Source: Paracoccus suum
Lineage (GTDB): Bacteria > Pseudomonadota > Alphaproteobacteria > Rhodobacterales > Rhodobacteraceae
Reading direction: 5' to 3'
NCBI RefSeq assembly: GCF_003324675.1
Contig: NZ_CP030918.1
Location: forward strand, 1,080,001 to 1,112,000
Length of the DNA stretch: 32,000 nt
Shown: piece after piece, positions 1 through 9,627 of the stretch
Layout: each line of letters begins with the position of its first letter
Position numbering within the stretch: position 1 is the first letter of the stretch
Program-made: the position numbers and the translations under genes
The notes under the pieces: model-generated
Told to the model about the DNA's origin: nothing
The model's input: only the letters and a program-made list of their open reading frames with translations
Database searches by the model: none

Positions 1-25
1 GGCAGCGGCGCGATTGAGACGACCT

Positions 26-490
26 ATGCAGATCGCCGATATTCTTTCGCCCGCCGCTGTCCGCTCGGTTGCCCAGGTGGCCAGCAAGAAACGCCTGTTC
101 CATGAGGTCGCCGATCTGGCGGCGGCGGCTTACGGGCTGCCCGCCGCCACCACGCTCGACGCTCTTCAGGAGCGCGAGAGCCTCGGCCCGACCGGGGTCG
201 GCCATGGCGTTGCAGTGCCCCATGCCCGGTTACACGGCCTCGACCGGGTAAAGGCGCTATTCCTGCGGCTGGAAAAGCCGCTGGATTTCGACGCAGTGGA
301 CCGTCAGCCGGTGGACCTGGTGTTCGCGCTGCTGGCACCCTCGACCGGAGGCGTCGATCACCTCAAGGCACTCGCCTTGGTGTCCCGCACGGTTCGTGAT
401 CCGAAGCTGCGCGAGATGCTGCGCGCCAATGCGGACCCCGTGGCTCTGCATGCCCTGCTGGTGCAGGCGACGGCGACCAAGGCGGCCTGA
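26..490 (+). CDS. ptsN: PTS IIA-like nitrogen regulatory protein PtsN (EIIA-Ntr)
   Basis: ORF 14..490. The translation shows the EIIA(Ntr)-type active-site region (GPTGVGHGVAVPHARL) and family-typical length. ATG at 26 (MQIADIL...) preferred over the TTG at 14. Confidence 0.85.
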   Translation: MQIADILSPAAVRSVAQVASKKRLFHEVADLAAAAYGLPAATTLDALQERESLGPTGVGHGVAVPHARLHGLDRVKALFLRLEKPLDFDAVDRQPVDLVFALLAPSTGGVDHLKALALVSRTVRDPKLREMLRANADPVALHALLVQATATKAA

Positions 491-505
491 GGTCGGAACC
501 GCCCT

Positions 506-540
506 GACGCCGGCTGAGGCTCTGACCTGTCAGCGGCGTC
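506..540 (+). terminator. Imperfect hairpin downstream of ptsN (possible terminator)
   Basis: Inverted repeat GACGCCGGCTGA (506-517) / TCAGCGGCGTC (530-540) with one unpaired base, starting 16 nt after the ptsN stop. No T-tract follows. Confidence 0.25.
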
Positions 541-630
541 GCATCACTTCGATCAAGGTGACTTGAGGCTAGTGTATCGGTCTTGCGCTCAGCTAACAGG
601 TCTGCGGGGCGCGCTGTCAGCCTTGGCGCG

Positions 631-1155
631 TCACTTCAGCGGCGCGGGTGGGGCCGATGGCACCTGCGCGCCGGCGCGGCGGTACTGCTCCAGGGTGGGC
701 CAGGGGTCCAGCGTTTGGCCACGGTAGGCGCGATTGTAGACGTTGGTCTTGGCGATGTTTTCCAGCAGCCGGCGCCCGCGGCGCGAGCGGAACTCGGCAT
801 CCTCGGTCGCGGTCACCTGGCGGATGCCCGGGGTGACGCCCCCGCGCCCGGCGTAAGAGATCAGCCCGCCATCACCCGCGCCGACACCGCGCGCGCTCAA
901 CTGCGCGGGATTGCCGCCAAGGGTCGCGACCGCATCGGCCAGTGGGGTCGGGTCGGTGATGTTGCTGCCGCCCGGCGTAGGCGCGGGCAGCTGGTTCAGG
1001 TCCGCCGGCAGGCTGAGCGCCTTGGTCGGCAGGATGGCGAACTCGTCCGGACCCTCCGAACTGCCGGCGAGATTGTTCAATTTCCCGTCGTTGCTGCAAC
1101 CTGCCAGCAGCGCGACCGCGGCCAGACAACCGAAACCCAAGTTTATCAAGCGCAT
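631..1155 (-). CDS. DUF3035-type lipoprotein (possibly BamF-like)
   Basis: ORF 631..1176. Signal peptide with lipobox (MRLINLGFGCLAAVALLAGC). The conserved PDEFAILPTK...LPAPTPGG segment recalls the alphaproteobacterial DUF3035 family. ATG at 1155 preferred; ATG at 1176 is an alternative. Confidence 0.75.
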   Translation of the reverse strand: MRLINLGFGCLAAVALLAGCSNDGKLNNLAGSSEGPDEFAILPTKALSLPADLNQLPAPTPGGSNITDPTPLADAVATLGGNPAQLSARGVGAGDGGLISYAGRGGVTPGIRQVTATEDAEFRSRRGRRLLENIAKTNVYNRAYRGQTLDPWPTLEQYRRAGAQVPSAPPAPLK

Positions 1156-1185
1156 CGACCGCCCCGTCCCCAGCATTGCGCCTGT

Positions 1186-1833
1186 CTAACGCGTCTTGCC
1201 CGCGTCGTCACGCGCCTTGTCCGGCTGCGGCTGCAGCACCAGCCCGATTGCGCCGGCGAAAATGGCGATATCGGCAAGATTGAAGCTGTAGGGATTGGTC
1301 CAGCCGGGCAGCGACATGTTCAGGAAATCCGCCACCGCGCCATAGGTGATGCGGTCGATGACATTGCCCAACGCGCCGCCGATCAGCAGCCCGGCGGCGA
1401 TCCGCGCATAGCGCCCGGGCCGCGCCCGCCGCACCCACAGGGTGACCCAGATGCAGACCGCGATGGCGATGGCGACCAGCACCCAGCGCATGATGTCCGC
1501 GCCGCCGGAGAACAGGCCAAAGTTCACGCCCTGGTTCCAAGCCATGCGCAGGTTCAGGAAAGGGTCGATGACGTCCAGTTCGCGCAGGGTCGCCAGATCG
1601 AGCGTCTGGACAACCAGCCACTTGCTGGCCTGGTCCACCGCAATCGTCGCCGCTGCCGTGATCGCGGTTAGGCGCAGCGGCCAGTCCGCGGGCGCAGGGG
1701 GTACGGGCGCGGCGTTCTTGGCACTTGCGCGCGGGCCCGCCGCGCCCACCGGCTTTGCCTTGGGGGTGCGCTTGCGCGGCGGCTTGGGCGCTGCTGGACC
1801 TGCGCGCGTGCCGGGGGGCGTCGGGGCGGCCAT
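1186..1833 (-). CDS. lspA: Lipoprotein signal peptidase II with Pro/Ala/Lys-rich N-terminal extension
   Basis: Translation contains LspA hallmarks (DQASKW, NxGVNFG-like [28 protein letters not shown]). The ATG at 1831-1833 overlaps the purH TGA (1833-1835) by 1 nt. Confidence 0.85.
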   Translation of the reverse strand: MAAPTPPGTRAGPAAPKPPRKRTPKAKPVGAAGPRASAKNAAPVPPAPADWPLRLTAITAAATIAVDQASKWLVVQTLDLATLRELDVIDPFLNLRMAWNQGVNFGLFSGGADIMRWVLVAIAIAVCIWVTLWVRRARPGRYARIAAGLLIGGALGNVIDRITYGAVADFLNMSLPGWTNPYSFNLADIAIFAGAIGLVLQPQPDKARDDAGKTR

Positions 1834-3470
1834 CAGTGGCGGAAATGCCGTTGGCCGGTGAACACCATGGCGAGCCCCAGGCGGTCGGCGGCGGCGATGA
1901 CTTCGGCATCCCGCATCGAGCCGCCGGGCTGGATGACTGCCACTGCGCCGGCCTCCGCCAGGGCCTCCACACCGTCGGCAAAGGGAAAGAACGCGTCCGA
2001 GGCGACGACCGCGCCCTCGGTCAGCGGGGCGTCGAGGCCCAGCGCGGCCGCCATGTCCTCGGCCTTGCGGCGGCCGATGCGGGTCGAATCGATGCGGCTC
2101 ATCTGGCCGGCGCCAATGCCGACCGTGGCCAGGTCGCGGGCATAGACGATGGCGTTCGACTTGACATGCTTGGCGACGGTCCAGGCGAACAGCAGATCGT
2201 CCAGTTGCGCCGCCGTTGGCTGGACCTGTGTGACGATGCGCAGGTCGTCACGCGAGATGCGGCCGGCATCGCGCGACTGCACCAGATAGCCGCCAGCGAC
2301 CTGGCGCAGGACATCGCCTGCCGCCGTCGGGTCGGGCAGCCCGCCGGCGGTCAGCAGCCGCAGGTTCGGCTTGCGGGCAAAGACCGCGCGCGCGGCCTCG
2401 TCGGCGTCGGGGGCGATCACGACCTCGGTAAATATCTGCACGATCTCTTCGGCGGTCGGTCCGTCCAGCGGGCGGTTCAGCGCGACGATGCCGCCAAAGG
2501 CCGACGTTCGATCGCAGTCAAAGGCACGGGCATAAGCCTCGGCCGGGGTGGCGCCGCGCGCGACGCCGCAAGGGTTGGCGTGCTTGATGATCGCGCAGGC
2601 CGGCCCGTCGGCGGCCGCGAAGTCGGCCACCAGTTCATAGGCGGCGTCGGTGTCGTTGATGTTGTTGTAGCTCAGCTCCTTGCCCTGCCACTGGCGGGCG
2701 GTGGCGACGCCGGTACGGGCATGGGCGCTGCGATAGAATGCCGCGGTCTGGTGCGGGTTCTCGCCATAGCGCAGAGGTTGGGCCAGCGTTCCGGCAAAGG
2801 CGCGGCGGCGCGGCGGCTGATCGCCCCCTGTAACACCCGCGAGCCAGGTCGAGACGGCCGTATCATAGGCGGCAGTCCGGGCGAACGCGATCTGCGCCAG
2901 TTGCCGACGGAATGCCGCGGTGGTGCCCCCCTCGGCGATCTGCGCGAGCAGCGGGGCATAATCCTCGAGGTCTACGACAACGGCAACATGGGCATGGTTC
3001 TTAGCCGCCGCGCGGGTCATGGCCGGTCCACCGATATCGATATTCTCGATGCAGTCGTCGATGCTGGCGCCTTTCTCCAGCACTGCCTCGAACGGGTAGA
3101 GGTTCGAGACGAGCAGGTCGATCCCCTCGATTCCATACGCCTGCATGTCGGCCACATGGCCGGGATTGTCGCGCAGCGCGAGGAGCCCGCCATGGACGGC
3201 CGGATGCAGGGTGCGCACGCGCCCGTCCATCATCTCGGGATAGCCGGTCACGTCGGCAACCTCGGTCACCGCGACGCCGGCCGCGCGCAGGGCCTGCGCG
3301 GTCCCGCCGGTCGAGAGGATCTGCACGCCCTGATCGGTGAGCGCGCGGCCAAGTTCGGCGAGGCCGGTCTTGTCCGAAACCGAGATCAGCGCCCGTCGCA
3401 CCGGCAAGCGCGAAGCGCCCGGATCGACGGTGGCGGCGCCAGCAAGGGCGGCATCGGAGGAGGCGGTCAT
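1833..3470 (-). CDS. purH: Bifunctional AICAR formyltransferase / IMP cyclohydrolase
   Basis: 545-aa ORF with full-length PurH similarity ([14 protein letters not shown]-like N-domain, C-terminal ...[10 protein letters not shown]). Confidence 0.95.
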   Translation of the reverse strand: MTASSDAALAGAATVDPGASRLPVRRALISVSDKTGLAELGRALTDQGVQILSTGGTAQALRAAGVAVTEVADVTGYPEMMDGRVRTLHPAVHGGLLALRDNPGHVADMQAYGIEGIDLLVSNLYPFEAVLEKGASIDDCIENIDIGGPAMTRAAAKNHAHVAVVVDLEDYAPLLAQIAEGGTTAAFRRQLAQIAFARTAAYDTAVSTWLAGVTGGDQPPRRRAFAGTLAQPLRYGENPHQTAAFYRSAHARTGVATARQWQGKELSYNNINDTDAAYELVADFAAADGPACAIIKHANPCGVARGATPAEAYARAFDCDRTSAFGGIVALNRPLDGPTAEEIVQIFTEVVIAPDADEAARAVFARKPNLRLLTAGGLPDPTAAGDVLRQVAGGYLVQSRDAGRISRDDLRIVTQVQPTAAQLDDLLFAWTVAKHVKSNAIVYARDLATVGIGAGQMSRIDSTRIGRRKAEDMAAALGLDAPLTEGAVVASDAFFPFADGVEALAEAGAVAVIQPGGSMRDAEVIAAADRLGLAMVFTGQRHFRH

Positions 3471-3588
3471 GTCGCGGCCTTCGGGCAGGGATTGGATGGC
3501 TGCCAGCTACCCCGAGCGCGGGTGAAGGTCCAGCAGCCCCGGCGGCGATTCGCGCGGTGCGATGGGGCGCGGCGCCTGTCCGGCCTCC

Positions 3589-5139
3589 TCAGACCTGGGC
3601 AAAGGACCACGACACCGGCATCCGGCCGACGCTGGTGCGCAGTGTGATCTGCTGCGTGGCAAGCGGGCCGGGATGGCCCGGCTCGACCCATGCCGATGCC
3701 TCGAGAGCCAGCGGCGCGTCGCTGGCGCTGCGAAACTGCCAGGCCGTGCCGGTGGGCAGGGTCAGCGTGACCCCTTCGGCCGGGCCGATCAGATGTGCCA
3801 GGATATGGGGGTGCAGGTGGAAATGCAGGGTCACCTGCAGATCATGTCCGTCCTGCGTCCCAGCGGCGGAGAGCAATTGATCCTCGCCCAGCAGGGACAA
3901 CCCGTCGTCCGAGAGGCGCAGGCTGCGGTGATGCTGGACGCCGTGGCTTGCCAGCCAGCCATCGTGCCACCCCGCCAGTTGCCCCGGCACGGCGGGGGCC
4001 GCGACGACCGAAACCGGCTGCAGCGCGCCATCCGGCCGCAGCCGGGTCAGGCTGCAATTGTCTAAGACCAGGGAACTGTGGGCGGCGGTGGCGCGACTCG
4101 CCTCCGGCCAGGGGGCGGGCAGGCGGCGCCCGCTGCCGCAGGCAACGACCAGCGGATGCTCGCCCACCGTCACCTCGAACCCGAGGGCGCCGGCATGGCC
4201 CAGCGGCCCGCGCGGCGGTGGTGCCAGATCGCAGATGACCGTGGTGCGGCCCCGCGCGATGCGGCCGAAGCCCAGCGCCTGCCCCTCGGCCACGCGCGCT
4301 GCGATACGGCCGCCGGCCCGCAGGACATGGTCCAGCCGGCCGGGCACGCCGGCGCCGCCGCCATGCGCGCGGGGTAGGCCGCCGTCGGCATGGCGCAACC
4401 CGCGCAGCACCGGAAGGGCGCTGTTCAGCGTCGCGCGGATGGCGCCCGGCAGGGGGTGGCCGCCTTCGTCCGCCAGTTCGGCGGCCCAGACCAGCAGGGC
4501 CGTCCGCTCCAGCAGGCCCTCGGGGCGGCGGGTGTGAAAGGCGTCGGGCGCGGCCTCGGCGAGGGCGGCGAGGGCGGGGGCGATGTCACCCTCGGCGCCG
4601 CGCAGGCTCATGGCGGCGATGGCAGCGCCCGCCATCGCTTCGATCCGCGCCGCACCGGGGGGTGCAGCCTGGGCGTGCCGCATCAGATGCGCGAGGTCGG
4701 CATGCAGCGCGTCAAAGATCGGCGCAGCCTCGCTGCGGTCGAGGCCAGGCAGCAGCATCCCGCCATGCGAGACCCAGGACAGAACGCGCCGCCCGGCCGT
4801 CTGCGGCCACCAGACCGGGGCCCTGCGCCAACCCTCGGCCGGCGGTCCGCCCGGATAGCGCGAAAGCCAGCCCAGAACGCGGGTTTGGCCCAGGCTGCGC
4901 GCCTCCGGCGTGCCGATGGCGGCCAGGTCGTCCAGCCAGCGAAAGCCGTGCAGTTCCGACAACGCCGCCGCATCAAGTTCCGGGTTCGGCCCGAACGGAT
5001 CCCCGCACAGGGTCACCCCGTCGAGGGCGAGCCGGCCGCCGACGATCGCCGCACCGCGCGAGGGCACGCCCAGCCAACGTGTCTCGGGGCGCTGGACAAA
5101 GCCGTAGCGGTCGGCCGTTCGATCCTGATGCTGCTGCAA
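3589..5139 (-). CDS. Heparinase II/III-like family protein
   Basis: ORF 3589..5280. The HGFRWLDDL motif and length fit heparinase II/III-like proteins. Start placed at TTG 5139, preceded by AGGAGA with a 6-nt spacer. The ATG at 5280 would overlap rsmB by about 110 nt. Confidence 0.7.
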   Translation of the reverse strand: MQQHQDRTADRYGFVQRPETRWLGVPSRGAAIVGGRLALDGVTLCGDPFGPNPELDAAALSELHGFRWLDDLAAIGTPEARSLGQTRVLGWLSRYPGGPPAEGWRRAPVWWPQTAGRRVLSWVSHGGMLLPGLDRSEAAPIFDALHADLAHLMRHAQAAPPGAARIEAMAGAAIAAMSLRGAEGDIAPALAALAEAAPDAFHTRRPEGLLERTALLVWAAELADEGGHPLPGAIRATLNSALPVLRGLRHADGGLPRAHGGGAGVPGRLDHVLRAGGRIAARVAEGQALGFGRIARGRTTVICDLAPPPRGPLGHAGALGFEVTVGEHPLVVACGSGRRLPAPWPEASRATAAHSSLVLDNCSLTRLRPDGALQPVSVVAAPAVPGQLAGWHDGWLASHGVQHHRSLRLSDDGLSLLGEDQLLSAAGTQDGHDLQVTLHFHLHPHILAHLIGPAEGVTLTLPTGTAWQFRSASDAPLALEASAWVEPGHPGPLATQQITLRTSVGRMPVSWSFAQV

Positions 5140-5168
5140 GACGTGTCTCCTGCTGTGGCGAGCGACCT

Positions 5169-6416
5169 TTAGGCGGGCCGCTGTGGAATCTGCAAGCGCG
5201 CCATGTAGAATCCATCCATCCCGCCAAGCTCGGGCCAGTAATCGGGGCGCAGGCGGATGCCGCCCTCGGGCGTGATCCATCCCGGCTCGATCCCCAGGCG
5301 GGCGGGATCAGGTTGCTCGACCGTCAGCCCCGGGTGGCGGGCGAGGGCAGCGGTGATCTGGTCCTCGCCCTCGTCAGTCAGCAGCGAGCATGTGGAATAG
5401 ACCAGCCGCCCGCCCGGAGGCAGCAGGGCGATGGCGTGATCGAGGAGTCGAGCCTGCAGTTCGACCAGCGGGGCGAGGCCGCTGCCGTCGCGGATCGACG
5501 GCAGTTCCGGATGGCGGCGAATGGTGCCGGTGGCAGTGCAGGGCGCGTCTAGCAGGATCGCGTCAAGCGTGCCATCGGGCTGCCACTGCAAGGCATCGGC
5601 GGTGACCATTTGCGCGGTCAGGCGGCACCGGTCGAGATTTTCTGCCAGCCGGCGCAGGCGCGGGGCCGAGATGTCGACCGCTGTCACCTCGGCGCCGGCT
5701 GCGGCCAGTTGAAGGGTTTTGCCGCCGGGTGCGGCGCAAAGATCGGCGATTCGCTCGCCCGCCTTGGGTTCCAGCAACAGGGCCGGCAAGGCGGCCGCGG
5801 CGTCCTGTACCCACCACGCGCCAGTTGAAAAGCCCGAAAGGGCCGAGATCTGCGCGCCCGATTGCAGCCGGAACGAGCCGGTGGGGAGGACTTCGGTCCC
5901 CTCGATCGCGGTGCCCGGCTTGCGCGCGGTCAGGTCGAGTGGCGCCGCGCGCTCATGTGCGGCCTCGATCGCATCGGCGGCGCCGCTGCCCCATGCGGTG
6001 ACGATTGGGCCGCGCAACCAGGCCGGCATGCGGCGCGGCGCGGCCGCATCCCACGCGGTCCGGCCCTCCGCTGCACGGCGCAGGACGGCGTTGACCATTC
6101 CCGCGGCGGCGGCGCCCTTTTGCCCCTGCTTGCGGGCCAGGGCCACGGCCTCGCTGACAACCCCGTGTGGCGGCGCGTCAAAGCCCAGCATCTCGACCGT
6201 GGCGAGGACCAGCAGGTCGGCCACCGCCGGGCGGGGCCGGCGCGGCAGCAGTGGTGTGAGCACGGCTTCCGCCCGCCCGCGCAGCCGTAACGCCGCCGTC
6301 GCAAGGCGTCGCGCTCGCGCGCGCTCCGCGCCCTCGGCTCGCGCCGCCGCAGCGCTGTCGAGCATGTCGTCGAGGCCGAGGCCCTCGCGCACGCCGGCCA
6401 TCAGCCACAAGGCCAT
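5169..6416 (-). CDS. rsmB: 16S rRNA (cytosine967-C5)-methyltransferase RsmB/Sun
   Basis: C-terminal SAM-dependent m5C methyltransferase motifs (DLCAAPGGKT, ILLDAPCTATGTIRRHPE, LVYSTCSL) and an N-terminal NusB-like region. Start is uncertain: ATG 6416 is the minimal choice, and the frame stays open upstream to 6959. Confidence 0.8.
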   Translation of the reverse strand: MALWLMAGVREGLGLDDMLDSAAAARAEGAERARARRLATAALRLRGRAEAVLTPLLPRRPRPAVADLLVLATVEMLGFDAPPHGVVSEAVALARKQGQKGAAAAGMVNAVLRRAAEGRTAWDAAAPRRMPAWLRGPIVTAWGSGAADAIEAAHERAAPLDLTARKPGTAIEGTEVLPTGSFRLQSGAQISALSGFSTGAWWVQDAAAALPALLLEPKAGERIADLCAAPGGKTLQLAAAGAEVTAVDISAPRLRRLAENLDRCRLTAQMVTADALQWQPDGTLDAILLDAPCTATGTIRRHPELPSIRDGSGLAPLVELQARLLDHAIALLPPGGRLVYSTCSLLTDEGEDQITAALARHPGLTVEQPDPARLGIEPGWITPEGGIRLRPDYWPELGGMDGFYMARLQIPQRPA

Positions 6417-6897
6417 GGCGCGGGGATCGGCCGCCGCGCCGCGGGGCAGCGGCGGGACTTGCAGGGCATTGCGCGGGGGTGTGTCGGTTTGTGCAGGTTG
6501 CGTCGGCTTGCGCGCCGCGGGTCTGTCGGTGCGATTCTTCGCGGGGGACGCGCCTCCAGTCGCCGCCGCGTCGCGGTGGTCCGAACCGGCCGGGGTCTCT
6601 TGCGGGGACCGAGCCGGACTTGCGACGCGATCATGCGCGGACGAGCCAAGGCCCCGCGCCGGCGCTGCTGCGCCCGGCTCTGCCACGGCGGGTGCGGCGG
6701 GCTTTCGCTCCGCGGCGCGGCGAGGGGTGGCGCCGGCCCCGATGCCGACGCGAACGGTTGTGCCCTCGGGCGGGGCGGGGCGGCCCGCCGATGGCGGCGG
6801 CCCGCTGACCTCTGCCTCGTCCTTGTTCAAAACCCTGCCTCCGCTTAAGTTGAAAGTGTATTGTCCCTGCACCCAGCCCGACTGTCGAGGTCGAACC

Positions 6898-7119
6898 ATG
6901 GCCGAAGGCCACCCAAGCCCTGATCTATCCCCGACCGTGACCGACGCGGGCGCCTCCAACGACCTGCCCCCCGCCGCTCAGCGTGCGCTGGCAGAAGCCG
7001 CGGCGCGGCGCCGTGCAGCAGTGCCGCTGGCGCTGCCCGAGGAGTTTGGCGGCCGCGATGGCCCCGAGCCGGTGCGTTACGGTGATTACGAGCGCAAGGG
7101 CATCGCCGTCGATTTCTGA
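6898..7119 (+). CDS. DUF1674 (SDHAF4-like) small protein
   Basis: Last 73 codons of ORF 5719..7119, from the ATG at 6898. The C-terminal ...GGRDGPEPVRYGDYERKGIAVDF is the DUF1674 signature. Confidence 0.75.
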   Translation: MAEGHPSPDLSPTVTDAGASNDLPPAAQRALAEAAARRRAAVPLALPEEFGGRDGPEPVRYGDYERKGIAVDF

Positions 7120-7143
7120 CGCCGCCGAGGCCAAGGCCGGGCG

Positions 7144-8010
7144 CTAGATCCCAAGCACGTCGGCCACGTCGTATTCCCCCGGACCCTTGTCCTGGCCCCA
7201 CAGTGCGGCGCGGAGTGCGCCGCGGGCAAAGATTGCGCGGTCCGTCGCGAGATGGCGGAGCACGACGCGCTCACCCTCGGTCGCGAAGATCACGTCATGC
7301 TCGCCCACGACATCGCCGCCGCGGACCGAGGCGAAGCCGATACTACCGGCCGCCCGCGCGCCAGTCATGCCGTCGCGCGCCGGCGTGCGCAGATCGGCGA
7401 GGCTGTCGCCCCGGCCCTCGGCCGCCGCCTCGCCCAGCATCAGCGCGGTGCCCGACGGGGCATCGACTTTCATGCGGTGATGCGCCTCGACGATCTCGAT
7501 ATCCCAGGCGGTGCCGAGGGCGGCTGCGACCTTGCGCGTCAGCGCTGCAAGCAGGTTGACCCCGAGGCTCATGTTCCCGGCGCGAATGATCGGCGCGTGG
7601 CGCGCAGCGGGGCGCAGGCGGGCCAACTGTTCGGCGGTAAAGCCGGTGGTGCCGATGACATGCACGGCGCGCGCCTGCGCGGCCAGCGTCGCAGTCGCAA
7701 GGCTGGCCTCGGGGGCGGTGAAATCCAAGATCGCCTGGGCGCGGGCGATGGCGCTGACGGCGTCGTCGGTGACGGGCACCCCGACCGGCACGCCGCCCAT
7801 GGCGGCACCCACGTCCATGCCGACCCACGGATGGCCCGGCCTCACGAGGGCGGCGACGAGGCGGCAGGCGTCGCTGTCCAGGACGGCGCGGACCAGCATC
7901 TGGCCCATGCGCCCGCTGGCGCCCGTGACCACGACCCCCGGCAGCGGTGCCGCGATCTGCGGCTGGTCGCGCCCGGCCTCTTCCGCCGGGGCGGTGCCCT
8001 GATTGCCCAT
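7144..8010 (-). CDS. dapB: 4-hydroxy-tetrahydrodipicolinate reductase
   Basis: C-terminal 288 aa of ORF 7144..8646, from the ATG at 8010. Motifs: [11 protein letters not shown] (NAD(P) binding), [16 protein letters not shown] (DapB signature). Confidence 0.9.
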   Translation of the reverse strand: MGNQGTAPAEEAGRDQPQIAAPLPGVVVTGASGRMGQMLVRAVLDSDACRLVAALVRPGHPWVGMDVGAAMGGVPVGVPVTDDAVSAIARAQAILDFTAPEASLATATLAAQARAVHVIGTTGFTAEQLARLRPAARHAPIIRAGNMSLGVNLLAALTRKVAAALGTAWDIEIVEAHHRMKVDAPSGTALMLGEAAAEGRGDSLADLRTPARDGMTGARAAGSIGFASVRGGDVVGEHDVIFATEGERVVLRHLATDRAIFARGALRAALWGQDKGPGEYDVADVLGI

Positions 8011-8088
8011 CCGAACCCCCTGCCTGCTGCGATACGGCGGCTGGTCTAGCCGGTTGCGGGCCGCGCCGCGACCCCCTACATCGGCGGC

Positions 8089-8538
8089 ATGGCCCAAACA
8101 CGTTATCCCCACGGCTCCGGCCCTTCGCAACGCCAGCTGCGCGTTGGCGAAGTGGTGCGCCGCCGCCTGTCCGAGGTTCTCGCCCGCGGCGACATCCATG
8201 ATCCTGACCTGAACCGTCACTCGATCACCGTCGGCGAGGTGCGCCTGTCGTCCGACCTGAAGGTCGCGACCGCCTATGTCCTGCCACTGCTGGGCCAGTT
8301 GGCCCCGGAGGCGCTGACCGACCTGCGCCGCAATGCCGGCGAGTTGCGCCATCTGGTGGGCCGCGATCTGGGGCTGAAATACACCCCGCAACTGCGCTTC
8401 GAGCTGGACGAGACCTTCGATCGCATGGACGAGACCCGCCGCCTGTTCGAGGACGAGCGGGTGCGCCGTGACCTGCAACCGGACCCCGAGGACGAGGGTG
8501 CCGACAGCGATGCCGACACCCGCCATGACCCGGCGTGA
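8089..8538 (+). CDS. rbfA: Ribosome-binding factor A
   Basis: 149-aa ORF with typical RbfA N-terminus ([19 protein letters not shown]...) and an acidic C-terminal tail. Confidence 0.9.
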   Translation: MAQTRYPHGSGPSQRQLRVGEVVRRRLSEVLARGDIHDPDLNRHSITVGEVRLSSDLKVATAYVLPLLGQLAPEALTDLRRNAGELRHLVGRDLGLKYTPQLRFELDETFDRMDETRRLFEDERVRRDLQPDPEDEGADSDADTRHDPA

Positions 8539-9295
8539 GCGGCCGACGCCCTTGCTGCGGGCACTGGGGCTAGCCGCAGGCTGGCTGGTCGCGCTGACCG
8601 TTCCCGCGGCCGCGGGCCTCTGCGAGCGGACCGAGTTCGAGGGCAACGGCTATGTGGTCTGCAAGCTGGACAGCGCGGCCGAGCCGCAATTGCGCCTCTG
8701 GCTCAAGGACGCCAGCGGGGCGCCCTATCGCAACTTTGACCGCGTGCGCGCGGCCCTGCCGGCCGACGAAGTCCTCGGGTTTGCGATGAATGCCGGGATG
8801 TATCACGCGGACCTGTCACCGGTCGGCCTGCTGGTGATCGACGGCGAGGAGCTGGCGCCGATCGTGACCGAGGGCTCGCGGGGCAATTTTGGCATGCGGC
8901 CGAACGGGGTATTCTGCACCGGCGGCCGGCGCCCCTATCAGGTCGTCGAGAGCCGCGCCTTTGCCAAGGCCACGCCGGAGTGCCGGCTGGCATCGCAGTC
9001 GGGGCCGATGCTGGTCATCGACGGCGATCTGCACCCGCGCTTCCTTGAGCACAGCGACAGCCGTTACATTCGCAACGGCGTTGGCGTGTCGAAGGATGGC
9101 GAGACGGCGTGGTTCGCGATCTCGGATACGTCAGTGACGTTTCACCAGTTCGGACGGTTCTTTCGAGACGGGCTGAAGGCACGCGATGCCCTCTATTTCG
9201 ACGGCTCGATTTCGCGGCTATATGCACCTGAACTGGGCCGGGCCGACTGGGGCCGCAGCATGGGGCCGATCATCGGCCTGGTCGCGCCGAAGTAA
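8510..9295 (+). CDS. Phosphodiester glycosidase family protein (DUF2233), secreted
   Basis: ORF 8468..9295. Signal-peptide-like N-terminus and DUF2233-like segments ([27 protein letters not shown]). ATG 8510 or 8525; either overlaps the rbfA 3' end. Confidence 0.75.
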   Translation: MPTPAMTRRERPTPLLRALGLAAGWLVALTVPAAAGLCERTEFEGNGYVVCKLDSAAEPQLRLWLKDASGAPYRNFDRVRAALPADEVLGFAMNAGMYHADLSPVGLLVIDGEELAPIVTEGSRGNFGMRPNGVFCTGGRRPYQVVESRAFAKATPECRLASQSGPMLVIDGDLHPRFLEHSDSRYIRNGVGVSKDGETAWFAISDTSVTFHQFGRFFRDGLKARDALYFDGSISRLYAPELGRADWGRSMGPIIGLVAPK

Positions 9296-9405
9296 CAGTG
9301 GACCTATGCTGCTGCTCCTGCTCACGGAACATGAATGGGCGCTGAAACGGCTGGGTTGCGCGGCGCACATGCGTCTGCGGCGATTCAACTGCCAGAAACT
9401 CGAAC

Positions 9406-9426
9406 GGGCCGCCCTGAGGGCGGCCC
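9406..9426 (-). terminator. Perfect 9-bp GC hairpin, candidate intrinsic terminator for a minus-strand transcript
   Basis: GGGCCGCCC-TGA-GGGCGGCCC. On the minus strand it is followed by GTTCGAGTTTCTGG (partly U-rich). On the plus strand no U-tract follows. Confidence 0.35.
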
Positions 9427-9627
9427 GCGAGATCGACGGAGATGGTCCGGTTAGGGTTGGCGCGATTGCGCGCTGATCCCGGCAGGGCCATGAACCATTG
9501 GGGTTGCCCTCAGGCGAGAAGGCCCCTGATTGTCCCGACACCTCTCTCCAACATCACTCTCGACACTGGACCACCTCCTTTCAAAAGCTTCGCTCTAAGG
9601 GGAAGGTTGGCACAGCCCGGGCAAAAA

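Noticed and set aside
583-1671. 362-aa plus-strand ORF, and similar long ORFs at 1725..3647, 4390..5172, 4662..5552, 9442..10272, 10451..11314, 11380..12534, 12570..13418, 14818..16878, 16194..17195, 19501..21480, 25170..25937, 26374..27129, 27879..28514 and 29286..30989
   Set aside because: All lie antisense to or out of frame with genes that have clear family signatures. Their translations are Arg/Ala/Gly/Pro-rich low-complexity sequences typical of shadow ORFs in high-GC DNA.
5140-5280. ATG at 5280 as the start of the heparinase II/III-like gene
   Set aside because: It would overlap the rsmB 3' end by about 110 nt. A TTG at 5139 with an AGGAGA RBS sits just downstream of the rsmB stop.
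5719-6897. The first ~390 codons of ORF 5719..7119
   Set aside because: This part is antisense to rsmB. Only the final 73 codons, from ATG 6898, match a known family (DUF1674).
8011-8646. N-terminal 212-aa extension of the dapB ORF (7144..8646)
   Set aside because: It runs antisense through rbfA and has no DapB similarity. The conserved DapB N-terminus ([11 protein letters not shown]) follows the ATG at 8010.
9571-9582. CCACCTCCTTTC on the plus strand resembles the 3' end of 16S rRNA
   Set aside because: No other rRNA-like sequence surrounds it. It is interpreted instead as the complement of an SD on the minus strand (see the mini-ORF finding).
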